Source: Trypanosoma brucei
Lineage: Eukaryota
Length of the DNA stretch: 64,000 bases
Reading direction: 5' to 3'
NCBI GenBank assembly: GCA_000002445.1
Contig: CH464491.1
Location: 4,160,001 to 4,224,000 of the forward strand
Of the stretch, positions 23,627 through 34,799 are shown in pieces (the stretch's first letter is position 1; each line of letters opens with the position of its first letter). Under the pieces are notes generated by a model that saw only the letters and a program-made list of their open reading frames with translations, did not search any database and had not been told where the DNA came from. The translations under genes and the position numbers were made by a program.

Positions 23627-24207
23627 CTCTGTGTACAGTCAATATTAAGTTGATCTCCCAGTGGTGCTTTTAAACAAGCAGGTTAACGCTCTCTAATCGG
23701 TGGATAGAAACAAGAAGATTTGGTCCACCAGACACAACTAAACCCACCAAAGGTGACAATTGATATTATTATATTCCGCTCCCTTGAAAACCTGACGTGG
23801 AGATCAACGTACAGCGTCATGGGTATCCGTGAAAAAAAAAACGGAAGAAGGAAAGAGTTTTAAGCGTGGATGAAGAAGCGAAGATCAGAACAACGGCAGT
23901 ACCGTTAGGCAAAAAAACAATGTTGGGATCAAAAAGGGGAAATGAGGAAGGCAAGCATGGCGTTGCACCTAGCAGGACCAACACAAACGCACGCACAGCA
24001 GCGCACACAAGTAAATAATGATTGAAATGGCCCTCTCCCACCTTTGGCATTACGGTTGCCGGCCCCCATCGGTTTTCCTTGCCTCAGCAGAACTTGCTTT
24101 GGCGTTACTTTGTCGTTTAATCGAATTCTAGTATGCATAGTCTTTCCTTTAGCACTTCACGGATAAAGGACACGACCTGCACCCCATCTTGGTACACCAA
24201 AGTACAT

Positions 24208-25509
24208 TTAGTTTGCCTCATTGTTGGAACTCTTGTTGAGAAGTGCAGCATCACGCTGTCGGCGCAGCTCCCGGATGCGTTTAAGCTTCTGCAGGGCGTT
24301 AATGTCTTCAATAGCGAAGGACACCAATAGGCGGCGATGGTCCCCAAAGATGGTCGGGTTGTTGTTGAGGGCTCGAAGTGCATGGAGGGCCACGGGGTGG
24401 TTAACGAGCTCAACGAAGGCGTAACCCTTCGACGTGCCCGCAGAGTCCTTCACTATCTTGACGTTTTTGATGGGGCCATACTTCCCCCAATTCGATTTAT
24501 CGGCAAAATTTTTGTTCTTTTTCAGGAAAGAACGCACGTGTGTGGAAAACAGCAGCCTCAATTCCTTCTCACCCATCGTTCGCGGCAGGTTACGCACACT
24601 AAGTCGCGTCGTACTAACGAACATGTTGCTATCACGCAGTTGATTCTTTCGAGATTCATAGTCCGCACGAATCATTTCGATATAACGGGGGTGTAAACCA
24701 CGGGCGGCAGGAGTGTCGGGGAGGATAAGCCCCTCTTGCAATAGATAAAGGTGCCGTGGGTCATCAGCAGCCACCTTTGTGCGCTTCTTCTTTTTCTGCT
24801 GGGCAGCAGTGGCATCGTGTGAATCCTTCCGTGACAGCACGCGATGGACGGTGAAACGTGTCTCACGGAGAGTCATGAAAGGTTCACGAGAGTTGAAAGC
24901 ATCAGCACGATTCTTGAACAACAGCCGCTTCGCCCTACAGTGTGAAAGATCTTTCGTCTGTTCGCGCCAGTCTGCACGATCATTCGCTGATAACTCCCGT
25001 GCGTTCTGTTGGGCGTGGTCAAATATTTTGTCAGCCATTTCCACAGTGCCGCAGTGTATAAAGCCTGTACCTGCAAGTGTTTTGGTTCGGCTGTTGCGCA
25101 CCAGGAGCACGCGGCGGACGCCACCGAAACGCGTCTGGAAAAAGTTTAGTAGCTCCTCCTCGCTTGTGTCGAGGGGAAGTCGTTTTAAGAAGAGTTGAGT
25201 TTCCAGCGGGTCCTGCTTATTTAACCGTTCCTGCTTCTCCTCATCGATATCACTCTGAACTTCCTCTTCCACATCCTCTGGAGTGCTGTGGGTCTCGTCA
25301 TCATCACCAGAACGTTTCTTTTTCCCTCGAAAGCGTTCATCCTTCTTCCCCTTTGCGTTACCGCTGTCGTACGTCTTCGCTATAGCGACCTTCCAGTTAG
25401 ACTTTTTTCTCTCAATCTTGCGCTGAAGCTTTTTGCGGATGCGCTGCTTGGCCTTCTTCCTCCTCATCATTGATGGTGTGGCCTTTCTCTTAAGTAACGC
25501 TGCTGCCAT
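24208..25509 (-). CDS. RNA-binding protein with two RRM domains and a Lys-rich N-terminus (Nop12/RBM34-like nucleolar type)
   Basis: RNP2/RNP1 pairs: LFLKRLP...TGFIHCGT and LSVRNLP...KGYAFVEL. N-terminal KKAKQRIRKKLQRKIERKK region. Confidence 0.75.
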   Translation of the reverse strand: MAAALLKRKATPSMMRRKKAKQRIRKKLQRKIERKKSNWKVAIAKTYDSGNAKGKKDERFRGKKKRSGDDDETHSTPEDVEEEVQSDIDEEKQERLNKQDPLETQLFLKRLPLDTSEEELLNFFQTRFGGVRRVLLVRNSRTKTLAGTGFIHCGTVEMADKIFDHAQQNARELSANDRADWREQTKDLSHCRAKRLLFKNRADAFNSREPFMTLRETRFTVHRVLSRKDSHDATAAQQKKKKRTKVAADDPRHLYLLQEGLILPDTPAARGLHPRYIEMIRADYESRKNQLRDSNMFVSTTRLSVRNLPRTMGEKELRLLFSTHVRSFLKKNKNFADKSNWGKYGPIKNVKIVKDSAGTSKGYAFVELVNHPVALHALRALNNNPTIFGDHRRLLVSFAIEDINALQKLKRIRELRRQRDAALLNKSSNNEAN

Positions 25510-26266
25510 CTCGCGTCAGGCTGATAACGATGCTTAGCAGTAGGTGTCGTATGTACTGTCCGACGCGTATTAAGCAAAAGAGAAAGTAAATTCAAAAGAT
25601 AAGAAAAACAATGGTCAGGTCGGGCATAAAGTTATGTAATATCCGGCGTGCAGTGTGAGAGAACAACCTCACAAAAAACAACACGAGCCGACACAGGACA
25701 AAGCAAACAATACCAAAATGAACGGTATATATATATTATAAGCAGGGGTAGGGTCGTTCCCTGCGACAGATCCACGCCCCAAGTTCAGTAGTTAACCCAG
25801 AACATCAAAAACAGAAATGAAGCGCGGTAAGGGAAAGAGAGAAATAGGCAAACAAAGAAATTTGCGACGCCACAGTGAAGAACCGGCCTCTCCAAACGTA
25901 CACAACCCGTGAATAAGCACGTAAAGGTGAGTAAAAGAAAAACAGTCATCAAGCGAGAGGGTATGGAAGAAGAAGAAAGCAGTACACCCTTCGCCCTCTC
26001 TCCCGCCTCACAGTGTTAAATTGGACGGCCCCTCACATCAGCACTATTGTTTGCTTGACTGGGTCGGAGCGCCACTCCGCTTATTTGAACTCTTCTACAC
26101 ATTTGATTTCCTTTGCTTTCCTGCTCGCTCCTTCTCCGGAGGTGGCAGCTGCGACCACCGGGGACCACGTAAAAACAATCGAACACCAACAACAAAAGAA
26201 TAAAGAGAAGGTGCCCTCCCCCTTCCCATATGATTCTCTTTTGTGGAATAACACGCGTAAGTTTCT

Positions 26267-27466
26267 TCACACTTCTGCAAGACGAGATAATTTCTGAATG
26301 CGGTTGAGCAACAAGTCACCATTCTTTACTATACGGTGATAGTCAAGGTTTGTTGTGTCTCCACGATATGTGGTAATACTATCCGAGACACGGTCCATCT
26401 TGCATGCGATGCGCTCATTTGATATGAGGGTTCCCAACATGCTATCCAGAACTGGGGAGGGAATACCAAATGCATTGCTCATTGATTTTAGCGTTACACT
26501 GCTGTATGAATCAAGGAATTGCTTGAACACAAGCACACGCACCTCGCGAAAGAAGTAATTAACATGCTGCGACAGGTACACAATACCTCGTAGTTGCTGG
26601 CACACAGCATCGAGGGTTGGAAAAACCTCCTTGTAGCGGCATTCGTATATGGCAGTAACGAGATGGAAAACATTCTTGATGTTGGCACTGTGCACTTCAG
26701 GGCTATCGAGTATGCATTTCTTCAGCTGTGAGCGACTCAACACGGGCAAACTAGCCACAACTGTGACGAGAATGAATTCGTTGAAGTCCATGAGCTCGCT
26801 AGCAGCAAAGGTGGAGATTGAGTCTAATAGTAGCTCGGAACCCTTCTTAAAGTCACGGATGTATACGTAGAAGAGACCTTCGTATACCTTGAGACGGTTT
26901 CGCCGTTCCCAATCACCCTCCTTCATCAGTCGGTGAGCGCTGCAAATGCCATTAGCAGCAACTTCATTGTCAGAGAACGCCAGTCCAAGAAGGATGCGCT
27001 GAAAGCAAAGGTCGAGCTTTGATCCGGCGGCAAGGGTTTTTCCGGAGCATTCGTTGTTAAATTTAAGACACTCCTCCATGTCCCCAATGCGGGCGAAATG
27101 ATGGCATCTAGCCAGCAGACCATCACGCACCTCCACATCACCGAGGTTTTCCTGCGCATCCTTAATGCGTGCATCCAACTCTTCAAGTTTCGTCGCATTT
27201 ATGGCATCCATCGCGCGCAACTGCTCCTCATCTACCGTCCAACAGAACATCTCCGACGCGAAGCGCAAGTAAGGAGCCATATTGTGTTCGTGCGCTATTT
27301 TCAACATGGCAGCCTTTACCTCCTCGCGCACAGCTTCGTCAACATACTGCGAGGTGTACGTGTGGCGCAAATGTAATAGTTTGATAAGGGGATCCATTGG
27401 AGGGGGTTCTTCAACTGGAAACTCCTCCTCATTGTCCATAATACCAACCGGTTGCTGAGGCGGCAT
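26267..27466 (-). CDS. RPN7: 26S proteasome regulatory (lid) subunit RPN7/PSMD6, PCI domain
   Basis: 399 aa. Collinear matches to the RPN7 family: HNMAPY, GDWERRNRLKVYEGL, IRDFK, YECRY, KNGDLLLNRIQKLSRL. Confidence 0.9.
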   Translation of the reverse strand: MPPQQPVGIMDNEEEFPVEEPPPMDPLIKLLHLRHTYTSQYVDEAVREEVKAAMLKIAHEHNMAPYLRFASEMFCWTVDEEQLRAMDAINATKLEELDARIKDAQENLGDVEVRDGLLARCHHFARIGDMEECLKFNNECSGKTLAAGSKLDLCFQRILLGLAFSDNEVAANGICSAHRLMKEGDWERRNRLKVYEGLFYVYIRDFKKGSELLLDSISTFAASELMDFNEFILVTVVASLPVLSRSQLKKCILDSPEVHSANIKNVFHLVTAIYECRYKEVFPTLDAVCQQLRGIVYLSQHVNYFFREVRVLVFKQFLDSYSSVTLKSMSNAFGIPSPVLDSMLGTLISNERIACKMDRVSDSITTYRGDTTNLDYHRIVKNGDLLLNRIQKLSRLAEV

Positions 27467-27689
27467 CGTTACTTCTGCTTATATCACTGAGGCTCTTGAC
27501 GGTTGATTTACCTGAAACTGTAACTATTAACCCTTCCCTCTTTGTCCTATTTCGATCCACCTTTTTTCAGCACTGTCTTCTTTTTTTTCTTTCTTTTTTA
27601 CTTGCTTCTAAACGTGTCTGTTCTCTCGCTTGATTACTTGCCTTGTGTACCCGCACTCCACCACATCGGATGCAGCAGCGGCAATTCGG

Positions 27690-27800
27690 ATTTAAAAAAA
27701 AAGAAAATAAAGAGTGATGAGGCACATTGAAACACAAAACAAAACACACAAGAACCAAAGATAAAACACGCGGAAGCAAAGGAAGAGGGTAAATGGGATC
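27690..27800 (-). promoter_or_regulatory. Polypyrimidine tract: putative trans-splice / polyadenylation signal between URI-like gene and RPN7
   Basis: Plus strand purine-rich (aaaaaaaaagaaaataaagagtgatgagg...aaggaagagggtaaatggg), so T/C-rich on the transcribed strand, about 230-330 nt upstream of the RPN7 ATG. Confidence 0.4.
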
Positions 27801-28670
27801 TGAGAGAACTGGCGCCGTAACTAGAGATCCCTTTACTTTGCTGCTTTACCGCCACGCACCGAAATAACACAGGTGAGGCAATAATTAGACAGCACAAATA
27901 CCAACCGGAACAGGCACAATTTTCCTTTCGTTGGCAATGAAAAAAAAAAAGGACATATTATAAGCACATGGGGGTGTTCTTGCCCGTGCCACGAGGACGT
28001 GGTGCGTCGATTGTGCAGCGTCAACAATGCATACAATAAGATGCGAAACCTGCATCAGCATAAATTTAAACGAAGGAAAAAACAGCGAACGAAAAGTGTT
28101 GACGCATAATAGGTTAGACGACCGTGCTGGAGCTTAAAGTTTAAGTAAATCACAAACTATAAAGGTATTTTTCACATGTATGTGCGTTTGCCTGTGAAAT
28201 ATGAATATACCGTCAACTTCGGATGTAAACGGCCCGCATTCTGGTGCGGTGAAACTTTCTCTCCTCTTCTGCATTTCCATATCCCACGATGTCTGCGCCG
28301 ATCGAAATACAATTAGAGTGTACTCACGGGCCATCCAAGCACATCACCTACGAGTTTGCCTGTACTCTTCCGCAAGGGATCCGCCGTTAGGTGGACACGG
28401 AACAACTGAACAAGACAAAGTGGTAGAGCTCCGTGAAGAAGTACTGTGCGTCAACTCATCACATTTTCTGGGCAGTGCACACCCTTCAACCCACTAAAGA
28501 ACACACGTTGGTACGGCGACATATCGGGAAAATATAAGATTGAAACAAGAATTAATGTCAAGAATTCAAAAGCCCAGCGAAGAGGTAAAGCCTACCCGAC
28601 TATCCTATATAGCGTAAACAGACATAGCGTGCGAAAACAGCATGAAATTAAGCCCCGCATCGCAAATACA

Positions 28671-29906
28671 TCATAAACTGCCTACACCACCCATCGCACC
28701 ATTCTCCATCTCAGCGCGAAAGATGGACTTCTTAGTTGTCGATATGATCCCTGTGACAGGACCAGGACTTAAAGGGTCTCTTGCATTGCGCTCCACAACG
28801 TCCCCAAAAACATGCGAGGGGACATCCCGTTTGAGGACGGGAGCATGTTCATCCGGCGGTACTATATCCACAGCATCGCTGAACCTAACGCGCCTCTTGG
28901 GAGTTTTCATATTCGCCTCCACAGAGGGCATAGAACCTCCAGACTTCTTTTCGTCAACTATCAGTGTAGCCGCAAACCCAATATCTCCGGGAGATGTATA
29001 TTTGAACGCGGGTGGTACTGCCAACGACGGGTCATGGGGAATTAGCTGTTGCCCGCACACCTCAAACCCCTCCCCCTTAACTGACTCGGTGGCCGCAGAT
29101 GGGGTTATTGTCGTTACCCGTTTGCGCTCCATCTCCTCGCGAACTCGCCTCTCCTTCTTTGCGATTAGTCTCTCCGTCATGAGGCGCTCCGCCAATTCAT
29201 CATCATCAATCCGATCCCCCAGCTCCCGCTCGATTTCCAAGAGTTCTTCCTCTGTAAGTTCATCAAGTTCATCAAAAATTGCCATATCTTCTTCCTTCAG
29301 TCCCACCTCCATCGGTGCTGCCCTTGTGCCGCCTTCCACAGGATCCAATCCAGAGAAGTTCGGGCGCTCATCCACTTGTGCCAATGGGAAAGATTTCATG
29401 GGTGCATTAGCGGCAGCCCCCTGGCACGATTCACTTGCCACCGGCACGCGCTTCTTGCTGTAGTTTTCCATGGCTGCTTGTTTGGTGGCTTCAACCTCTG
29501 CCATTGCCTTTTCTGCACTGGGTATCTCTGTCAGGAATAATTGCTGGCGCTGCGCCAGCGCGCCCTCCTCCGCTATCAACGCGGCTTCCTCCCCACGTAA
29601 AAAATCCAAACGCCTCTCGGCAATTTCTCGCGCCTGCTTCGCGCTGCGCTCGGTGAACCAATTATCTCCCAGTAAAACAAGAATGTTATTCGTATAGTCG
29701 ATGATGGCTTCAAAGTACGCCGCACCAGATGCTACAGGGGCGAGTACAGGCACTCGGCACCGGTCCGTGATGCACTGCAGAACATCCTGAAGTTGTTTGT
29801 ACTCACCCATTTTTCGCCTGCATCGCTCTAACTGTTCCTGATTCTTTTTCGTGAGATAGTAAAACAGTTCGGCCCCCGTAAGAACCTCCCCTTCGTCCGA
29901 GTCCAT
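28671..29906 (-). CDS. Prefoldin alpha-like domain protein, URI1/Bud27-like, with acidic tail and RVxF motif
   Basis: N-terminal prefoldin-alpha-like coiled coil / beta-hairpin (VLAPVASGAAYFEAIIDYTNNILVLLGDNWF). Acidic DE-rich segment. C-terminal KRRVRFSD (PP1-docking type). Confidence 0.6.
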   Translation of the reverse strand: MDSDEGEVLTGAELFYYLTKKNQEQLERCRRKMGEYKQLQDVLQCITDRCRVPVLAPVASGAAYFEAIIDYTNNILVLLGDNWFTERSAKQAREIAERRLDFLRGEEAALIAEEGALAQRQQLFLTEIPSAEKAMAEVEATKQAAMENYSKKRVPVASESCQGAAANAPMKSFPLAQVDERPNFSGLDPVEGGTRAAPMEVGLKEEDMAIFDELDELTEEELLEIERELGDRIDDDELAERLMTERLIAKKERRVREEMERKRVTTITPSAATESVKGEGFEVCGQQLIPHDPSLAVPPAFKYTSPGDIGFAATLIVDEKKSGGSMPSVEANMKTPKRRVRFSDAVDIVPPDEHAPVLKRDVPSHVFGDVVERNARDPLSPGPVTGIISTTKKSIFRAEMENGAMGGVGSL

Positions 29907-30197
29907 CGAATTCGCTATCCGCGGCTACTGTAGCCCTACTGAAACGTAAGGGGTGAAACAGGATATGAAAGAAAGCAAAGAAGGTTCCGTGAAAAAGATG
30001 GAAAAACGAAAGGGACGTAATTGAAAGAAGAACTCAAACAAAACACAAAAAGTCCTTTAGGGTGCGTGTTGGGTGGAAATCAGAACCGCGAGCACGCGCG
30101 TAGATGTGTATGTGCACATCCAAGGATGTATCACGCGTACGTATATATCTATGCTACAATAAACCCACGAACCAACCACTAGCGGCTCATCTTCACG

Positions 30198-32006
30198 TCA
30201 AGTGGCAATCGCTGGTGGTGGAGCCTCAGCCGTCTTCGACGGTGCCTTCTCCAATTTCCCACTGGAAGCCGCGAGCAGTGTTTCCATTCGCATTTTCTCC
30301 ACCACGCGATTGTAATCATCGTGAAGATCATTGTCGTATGGCGTAATACGCATTGCCTGCTCTAGCAATTCCAGAGCCTTGCGATAGTCTTTCAGCCCGC
30401 AGTGAGCGGCGGCCCCCCTCACACAAGCTTTGAGAATAGCGTATACGTGACCACTTTTCTCCCCCACTTTCCTCGCAGCTGCATTCCGCTTGCGCATGAC
30501 CTCATCTTCACCACAGCCACCACCATCACCCCCAACTCCATCTTCGCCCCCGTCCTCGTCATCGCTATCCACTAAATTCGTTGAAAGGGCTCCAGGACAA
30601 CTCAATGCTTCCGCCACTTCTCGGCAAAATTCTAGCACATGAGAAGATTCCATCAAAGCTTCCTTGAAACAACCCTGATGAAGAAGAGCTGCGCTCAAGT
30701 TGTTGCGCGCCCGCACCTCGTAGGGATCCTCCTCCAAAACCTGACGGTAAACATCGGCAGCCGCGGCATAGTCGCCTTGATAGTACATGGAAGAAGCTTC
30801 GTGCAGTTTGGCAGCAAGTGGGTCCCTCGTTTCTAACATGCCACGTTTCTTCATGTATGATTCCACTAACTTGTAATCTGCTATGACATCTGCATCCTCT
30901 TCCGCGTCACAGTAAGCAGCCGCCATCCGTAGATCCTCTATGCCGCGCTCAAAGCACTTCCCCCAGCAGTAAGCCGCACCGCGGCGGGAATGAAGCTTCA
31001 TCATTAGATAGCGATACCGCTCTTGTGTGAGGTCACTTGCCGGAGTATTGGACAGCATCGTGAGGGCCAACGTACAGTCCTCAATAGCACGTTTATATTC
31101 AAACAACTGAATAAAGCAAGCGGCACGGTTTGATACGCAAATAAGAAACGCACCATCACGCTTGATAGATTCCGTGTAGGCGTCTGCGGCTGCTTTCCAC
31201 TCACGGCGTTGATAGTGTTTATCCGCCCGCTCTTTCCAAAACATAGGACTATCTTCAACGCGGGTCGGTTTGTAGCGGCTTCTCCGGTAGTACTCATCCT
31301 CTCCACGCGACCGCGTGGGTATTGCCGCCATTTTCGATGTGAATTGTACAGGAACGACGACAGTTTCTGTGTGGCGCACGCATGGGGTCATCTCCTCTTC
31401 TTTTCTTTCTTCCATACTCCCTTGCATCGCACCAATATCCCCGGGACATTGGGGTGCTCGTTTCTTCTCCTCATGTGCCTGCTGTTCGGCCCGCTGCTGT
31501 TCTTCCCATGAATACAACTCCGCCTCCGCAGAGTCCTTCTCCTCCTTCATTCGCCCCTCTATGAGACGCCGCTGTGCACGGTCCACTTCCCACTGTTCCT
31601 CCGTCATTCGTCGCTTCTCCTCCTCCCTTTTACCAACACGTTCCTTTAGCCGCCGGTTGTAGGACTCCTCCGCCCGCTGAATAGCACCAGCCCGCCGCTC
31701 CCGTATGGCTTCGGCGCCAATCTCCCCTTCGTTGATACAAAGAGATTCCCACAGTTCCGGAACCCGTTTTCGTAAACGCACGCGTAAACACGTTCGGTCC
31801 TCCGGATCCATAAAGTGGGTAGACTTCGCTTCATCTATGGGATGCAGCAGGTCAAGCACCAAAAGATACGTCGGGGAAGCATTTACCTTCACTAAAAGAT
31901 CTGACACAAAGATATCAATGGCCTCCTTCTTAAACCCCTTGATCGTGATGCGGAGGAGGACTTCGGTGTTGGTCTGTTCCCACTCGTATACAGGTTTGAC
32001 TGGCAT
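30198..32006 (-). CDS. CS (p23-like) domain plus TPR-repeat protein, DNAAF4/DYX1C1-like
   Basis: N-terminal CS domain (VKPVYEWEQT...LLVKVN...LRVRL), then a charged coiled coil, then at least 5 TPR-like repeats. The ORF-caller start at 32069 lies inside a polypyrimidine tract; Met at 32006 is preferred. Confidence 0.65.
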   Translation of the reverse strand: MPVKPVYEWEQTNTEVLLRITIKGFKKEAIDIFVSDLLVKVNASPTYLLVLDLLHPIDEAKSTHFMDPEDRTCLRVRLRKRVPELWESLCINEGEIGAEAIRERRAGAIQRAEESYNRRLKERVGKREEEKRRMTEEQWEVDRAQRRLIEGRMKEEKDSAEAELYSWEEQQRAEQQAHEEKKRAPQCPGDIGAMQGSMEERKEEEMTPCVRHTETVVVPVQFTSKMAAIPTRSRGEDEYYRRSRYKPTRVEDSPMFWKERADKHYQRREWKAAADAYTESIKRDGAFLICVSNRAACFIQLFEYKRAIEDCTLALTMLSNTPASDLTQERYRYLMMKLHSRRGAAYCWGKCFERGIEDLRMAAAYCDAEEDADVIADYKLVESYMKKRGMLETRDPLAAKLHEASSMYYQGDYAAAADVYRQVLEEDPYEVRARNNLSAALLHQGCFKEALMESSHVLEFCREVAEALSCPGALSTNLVDSDDEDGGEDGVGGDGGGCGEDEVMRKRNAAARKVGEKSGHVYAILKACVRGAAAHCGLKDYRKALELLEQAMRITPYDNDLHDDYNRVVEKMRMETLLAASSGKLEKAPSKTAEAPPPAIAT

Positions 32007-32110
32007 TACTTTGTAGAGGCCTCCACACAAAAGAGGGGGTGAATTGGGAAGAAAAAAAAACAAGAGCATCAGGGGGAAAAAAAAATTATTACCACATTCA
32101 AAAACGATAA
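32007..32110 (-). promoter_or_regulatory. Polypyrimidine tract plus AG: putative SL trans-splice acceptor region for the CS/TPR gene
   Basis: Minus strand reads TTGTTTTTTTTTCTTCCCAATTCACCCCCTCTTTTGTGTGGAGG...AAAG immediately upstream of Met 32006. Confidence 0.5.
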
Positions 32111-32743
32111 CAGAAAAATGTCACCATGTAGTTGACCAGTACTTACCTTCCCACATATCTCTCCTACCTCCTCCATACTCATACGTTGAAGCACTCACAG
32201 CGCATTGTCAAAAGGAAGAGCAAAAAAAAAAGAAAAATAAAAAAACTCTCCCCTAAGCAGCCACAAAGGGAAGCGGAGAAAAGATGTCAATAATCAGCCT
32301 CAGAACGTGGCATCAGAAACAGTAATGTGCACGCCAGAGCGCTGTTTTTTTTTTCCCCTCGTGCGTGACCTCACAGCAACCAAAGTGAGAGGGAAAAGAC
32401 ATCGAAAGAAGCAAGGAAAAGGGGGAAAAAACTAAAACTAAAGATCCTAGCGTCGTACGACACGCAGGTTTGCGTTTACTTATATAGGCAAGAAAATACA
32501 GAGGAAGGGTAAAGGAAAAAAAAAAACTGCTACCGTCATTCCCGAAAGGTTAAATATGCTTTTCGGACACTCGTTAAACAAAAAGTAAACAACGTTAGCG
32601 GCCCGTTGACTGTCGGGCGAACTAGCGCACCTCCCACATATACTTTTACACTTCTTTAATATGGTACCTTTCTCCCCCTCCTCCCCCCCCCCAACAAGTG
32701 CCTGAGTGATGCGGCCACATCCCCTACCTCGTCCATATGATTC

Positions 32744-34336
32744 TTACTTCCACCGCTCCTTCGCTCCATAACCACTTATACTCTTCACAGTGCCAATAGT
32801 GCTTGTGAGGAGCTCCTGGAATTTTGGTGCAGAAATACGGTACAAGGCAGCAGCACCATCCTCAGCCAGCCCAAAAAGCCGGTGTGGCCCCTTGTAGAGC
32901 GCGTTTGCCCATAGCGACAAAACCGTTGTGCTGGGTGAGTAGCTTTCCTCGGGTAAAACTACGTAAAAGGGAGGCATTCCATCCGTAAGAGTCCCTTTGC
33001 CGTTCTTGCAATACAACGGTAGCGATAAGCATGGATCTTTAGGGCTGTTACCTTCCCGCTCGTGGCACGAGGGCGGTGGAGGAGGGGGAATAGAGTTCAC
33101 ATAACGGCGGTGCTCACAGCATACCGTGTAACAGCCCTCGCAGACACGAACCCAATTCCTGGATGATTCTAGACAACCTGCCCTATCTGGCAGCTTCCCC
33201 AAGAAGGAAGAGCAGTCGTGGCAGTAAATAAGGCCACATCGGCGGCAGTGATGACGTCTCACAAGGTGTGTAAAAGAACGGCTGCAAGCATTGCAGGAAG
33301 TAACTGATTCATCCCGCTCCCACGGCTGCACCCGAAAGGGGTCGCCAGCGTGGTCGGCAATAGCCTGGCGGTGAAGCTGCCGCATTAACACAAGCAAGTG
33401 CACCAAATCCCCCCGTATCTCCTCATTCCGCTTCACGTAGCGTCGAACTCGGTCGTCACGCCCCTCTACTGCCTCGCGAACACTACCCAGTACCTCCCTT
33501 GTAGCAATCTCCCTCGCCCTCTCTGCTACACGATCTACCAGCAACTGCAAACGCACCTTGTCTCGTACATACGAATCGAAATCCCCCCCAATATGCGGAG
33601 AGGAGGACAATCCCTCACGCGTGATTTCGGGTACGGGAGCGGCAATATGTGTGGAGTCAGTGGAAGGGTTCGAGCCGAAGTCGGGCTCAAGTGGCGCACT
33701 ATCCTTTTGATGGTCAAAGGTGTACACGCCACCATCAGTCGCGCCTCCCATATCTGGCCTCCACTCACAAGAATGCGTAAGCTCCACTATACCCCCAAAG
33801 TAAAGGATGTTTTCATCAGCTTTTTGATGCACACTACAATCACCGCCCGCTCGCCTAATGCTTTCTACTTCCTCCCCAGATTGTGTGGGGTCAACATTTC
33901 CCGAAGGAGAACACCCAGAACCCTTATTTATCAGCACAAAACCAGCGTCATTTCCACTTCGATATTGTTCCTCATATTGTGCGCGCCGTTCGGACGCCAA
34001 ATTTGCTACTGCAGCATCAATTTCTGCATCACTAATATCAGCCAACAAATCCAACCATTCGTTTCCATCTGCGGAGTCAACACCCTCTCTAGGTATACAT
34101 CTTTCGTCTGCGTGCCCCGAGCCACCGCATAGATACCTCTCGTAGACTCCACTCAAGCTCTCCAGCCCAGTTCCTGAACTCACGTTTGTGCTCAACACAT
34201 CTCCCTGTGCATCAGGCATACAAGCAGCCGGTAATAAATCCACATGGCCGCCCTCCACCTTGCGCATAAGGGCAGTGGCAGCCTCTCGTATCATCTCCAC
34301 GGTGACACCCCTGTCCGCACCGCGCAACATCGCCAT
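32744..34336 (-). CDS. FYVE zinc-finger domain protein (PI3P-binding type)
   Basis: C-terminal WERD...RRHHCRRCG...RVCEGC FYVE signature. N-terminal 400 aa low homology. Confidence 0.8.
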   Translation of the reverse strand: MAMLRGADRGVTVEMIREAATALMRKVEGGHVDLLPAACMPDAQGDVLSTNVSSGTGLESLSGVYERYLCGGSGHADERCIPREGVDSADGNEWLDLLADISDAEIDAAVANLASERRAQYEEQYRSGNDAGFVLINKGSGCSPSGNVDPTQSGEEVESIRRAGGDCSVHQKADENILYFGGIVELTHSCEWRPDMGGATDGGVYTFDHQKDSAPLEPDFGSNPSTDSTHIAAPVPEITREGLSSSPHIGGDFDSYVRDKVRLQLLVDRVAERAREIATREVLGSVREAVEGRDDRVRRYVKRNEEIRGDLVHLLVLMRQLHRQAIADHAGDPFRVQPWERDESVTSCNACSRSFTHLVRRHHCRRCGLIYCHDCSSFLGKLPDRAGCLESSRNWVRVCEGCYTVCCEHRRYVNSIPPPPPPSCHEREGNSPKDPCLSLPLYCKNGKGTLTDGMPPFYVVLPEESYSPSTTVLSLWANALYKGPHRLFGLAEDGAAALYRISAPKFQELLTSTIGTVKSISGYGAKERWK

Positions 34337-34799
34337 GTTAATCCCCCTCTCACCTGTGTTATCTACGTTAGCGCAAGCAAACGTATACTAAGGTAAACAA
34401 GAACAACCCGAAGAGAAAGAATAACTATAACTGGTCACTGTCAAAGTTGAAGGAAGGCAGAATGAGCACAAAGAAAAAGGAAGAGAAAGGTAACGAAACG
34501 TAAAGGCAGTTACACCACCCAGAACAGGCAACGGCTGAACAATGGGCAATGAGAGAATAACACAGGAATTTCCCAACGCGCAGCAGCGGACTTCATTGAG
34601 TGGGAGACGTAGAAAAAAAAAAAAGAAAAAAGGCGGCATCGTTCCTCCACTGTAAGTGAAATGAAACTATGGAAAACACTCACCGTAGTGACGACGTCCA
34701 CCATCAAATGGGTCCGTCATTAACCTCCCCACTCCAAGTGGTTATCCCCACACACTCACATCTTGTTCAAGGCAAAAAACAGCTAAGAGTTTGGCAACT

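Noticed and set aside
28642-29463. 273-aa plus-strand ORF (Ser-rich) and other long plus-strand ORFs (33398..34132, 42327..42938, 4976..5329)
   Set aside because: All lie antisense within well-supported minus-strand genes. Their compositions are low-complexity mirror images of the sense frames, and no co-directional plus-strand gene context exists.
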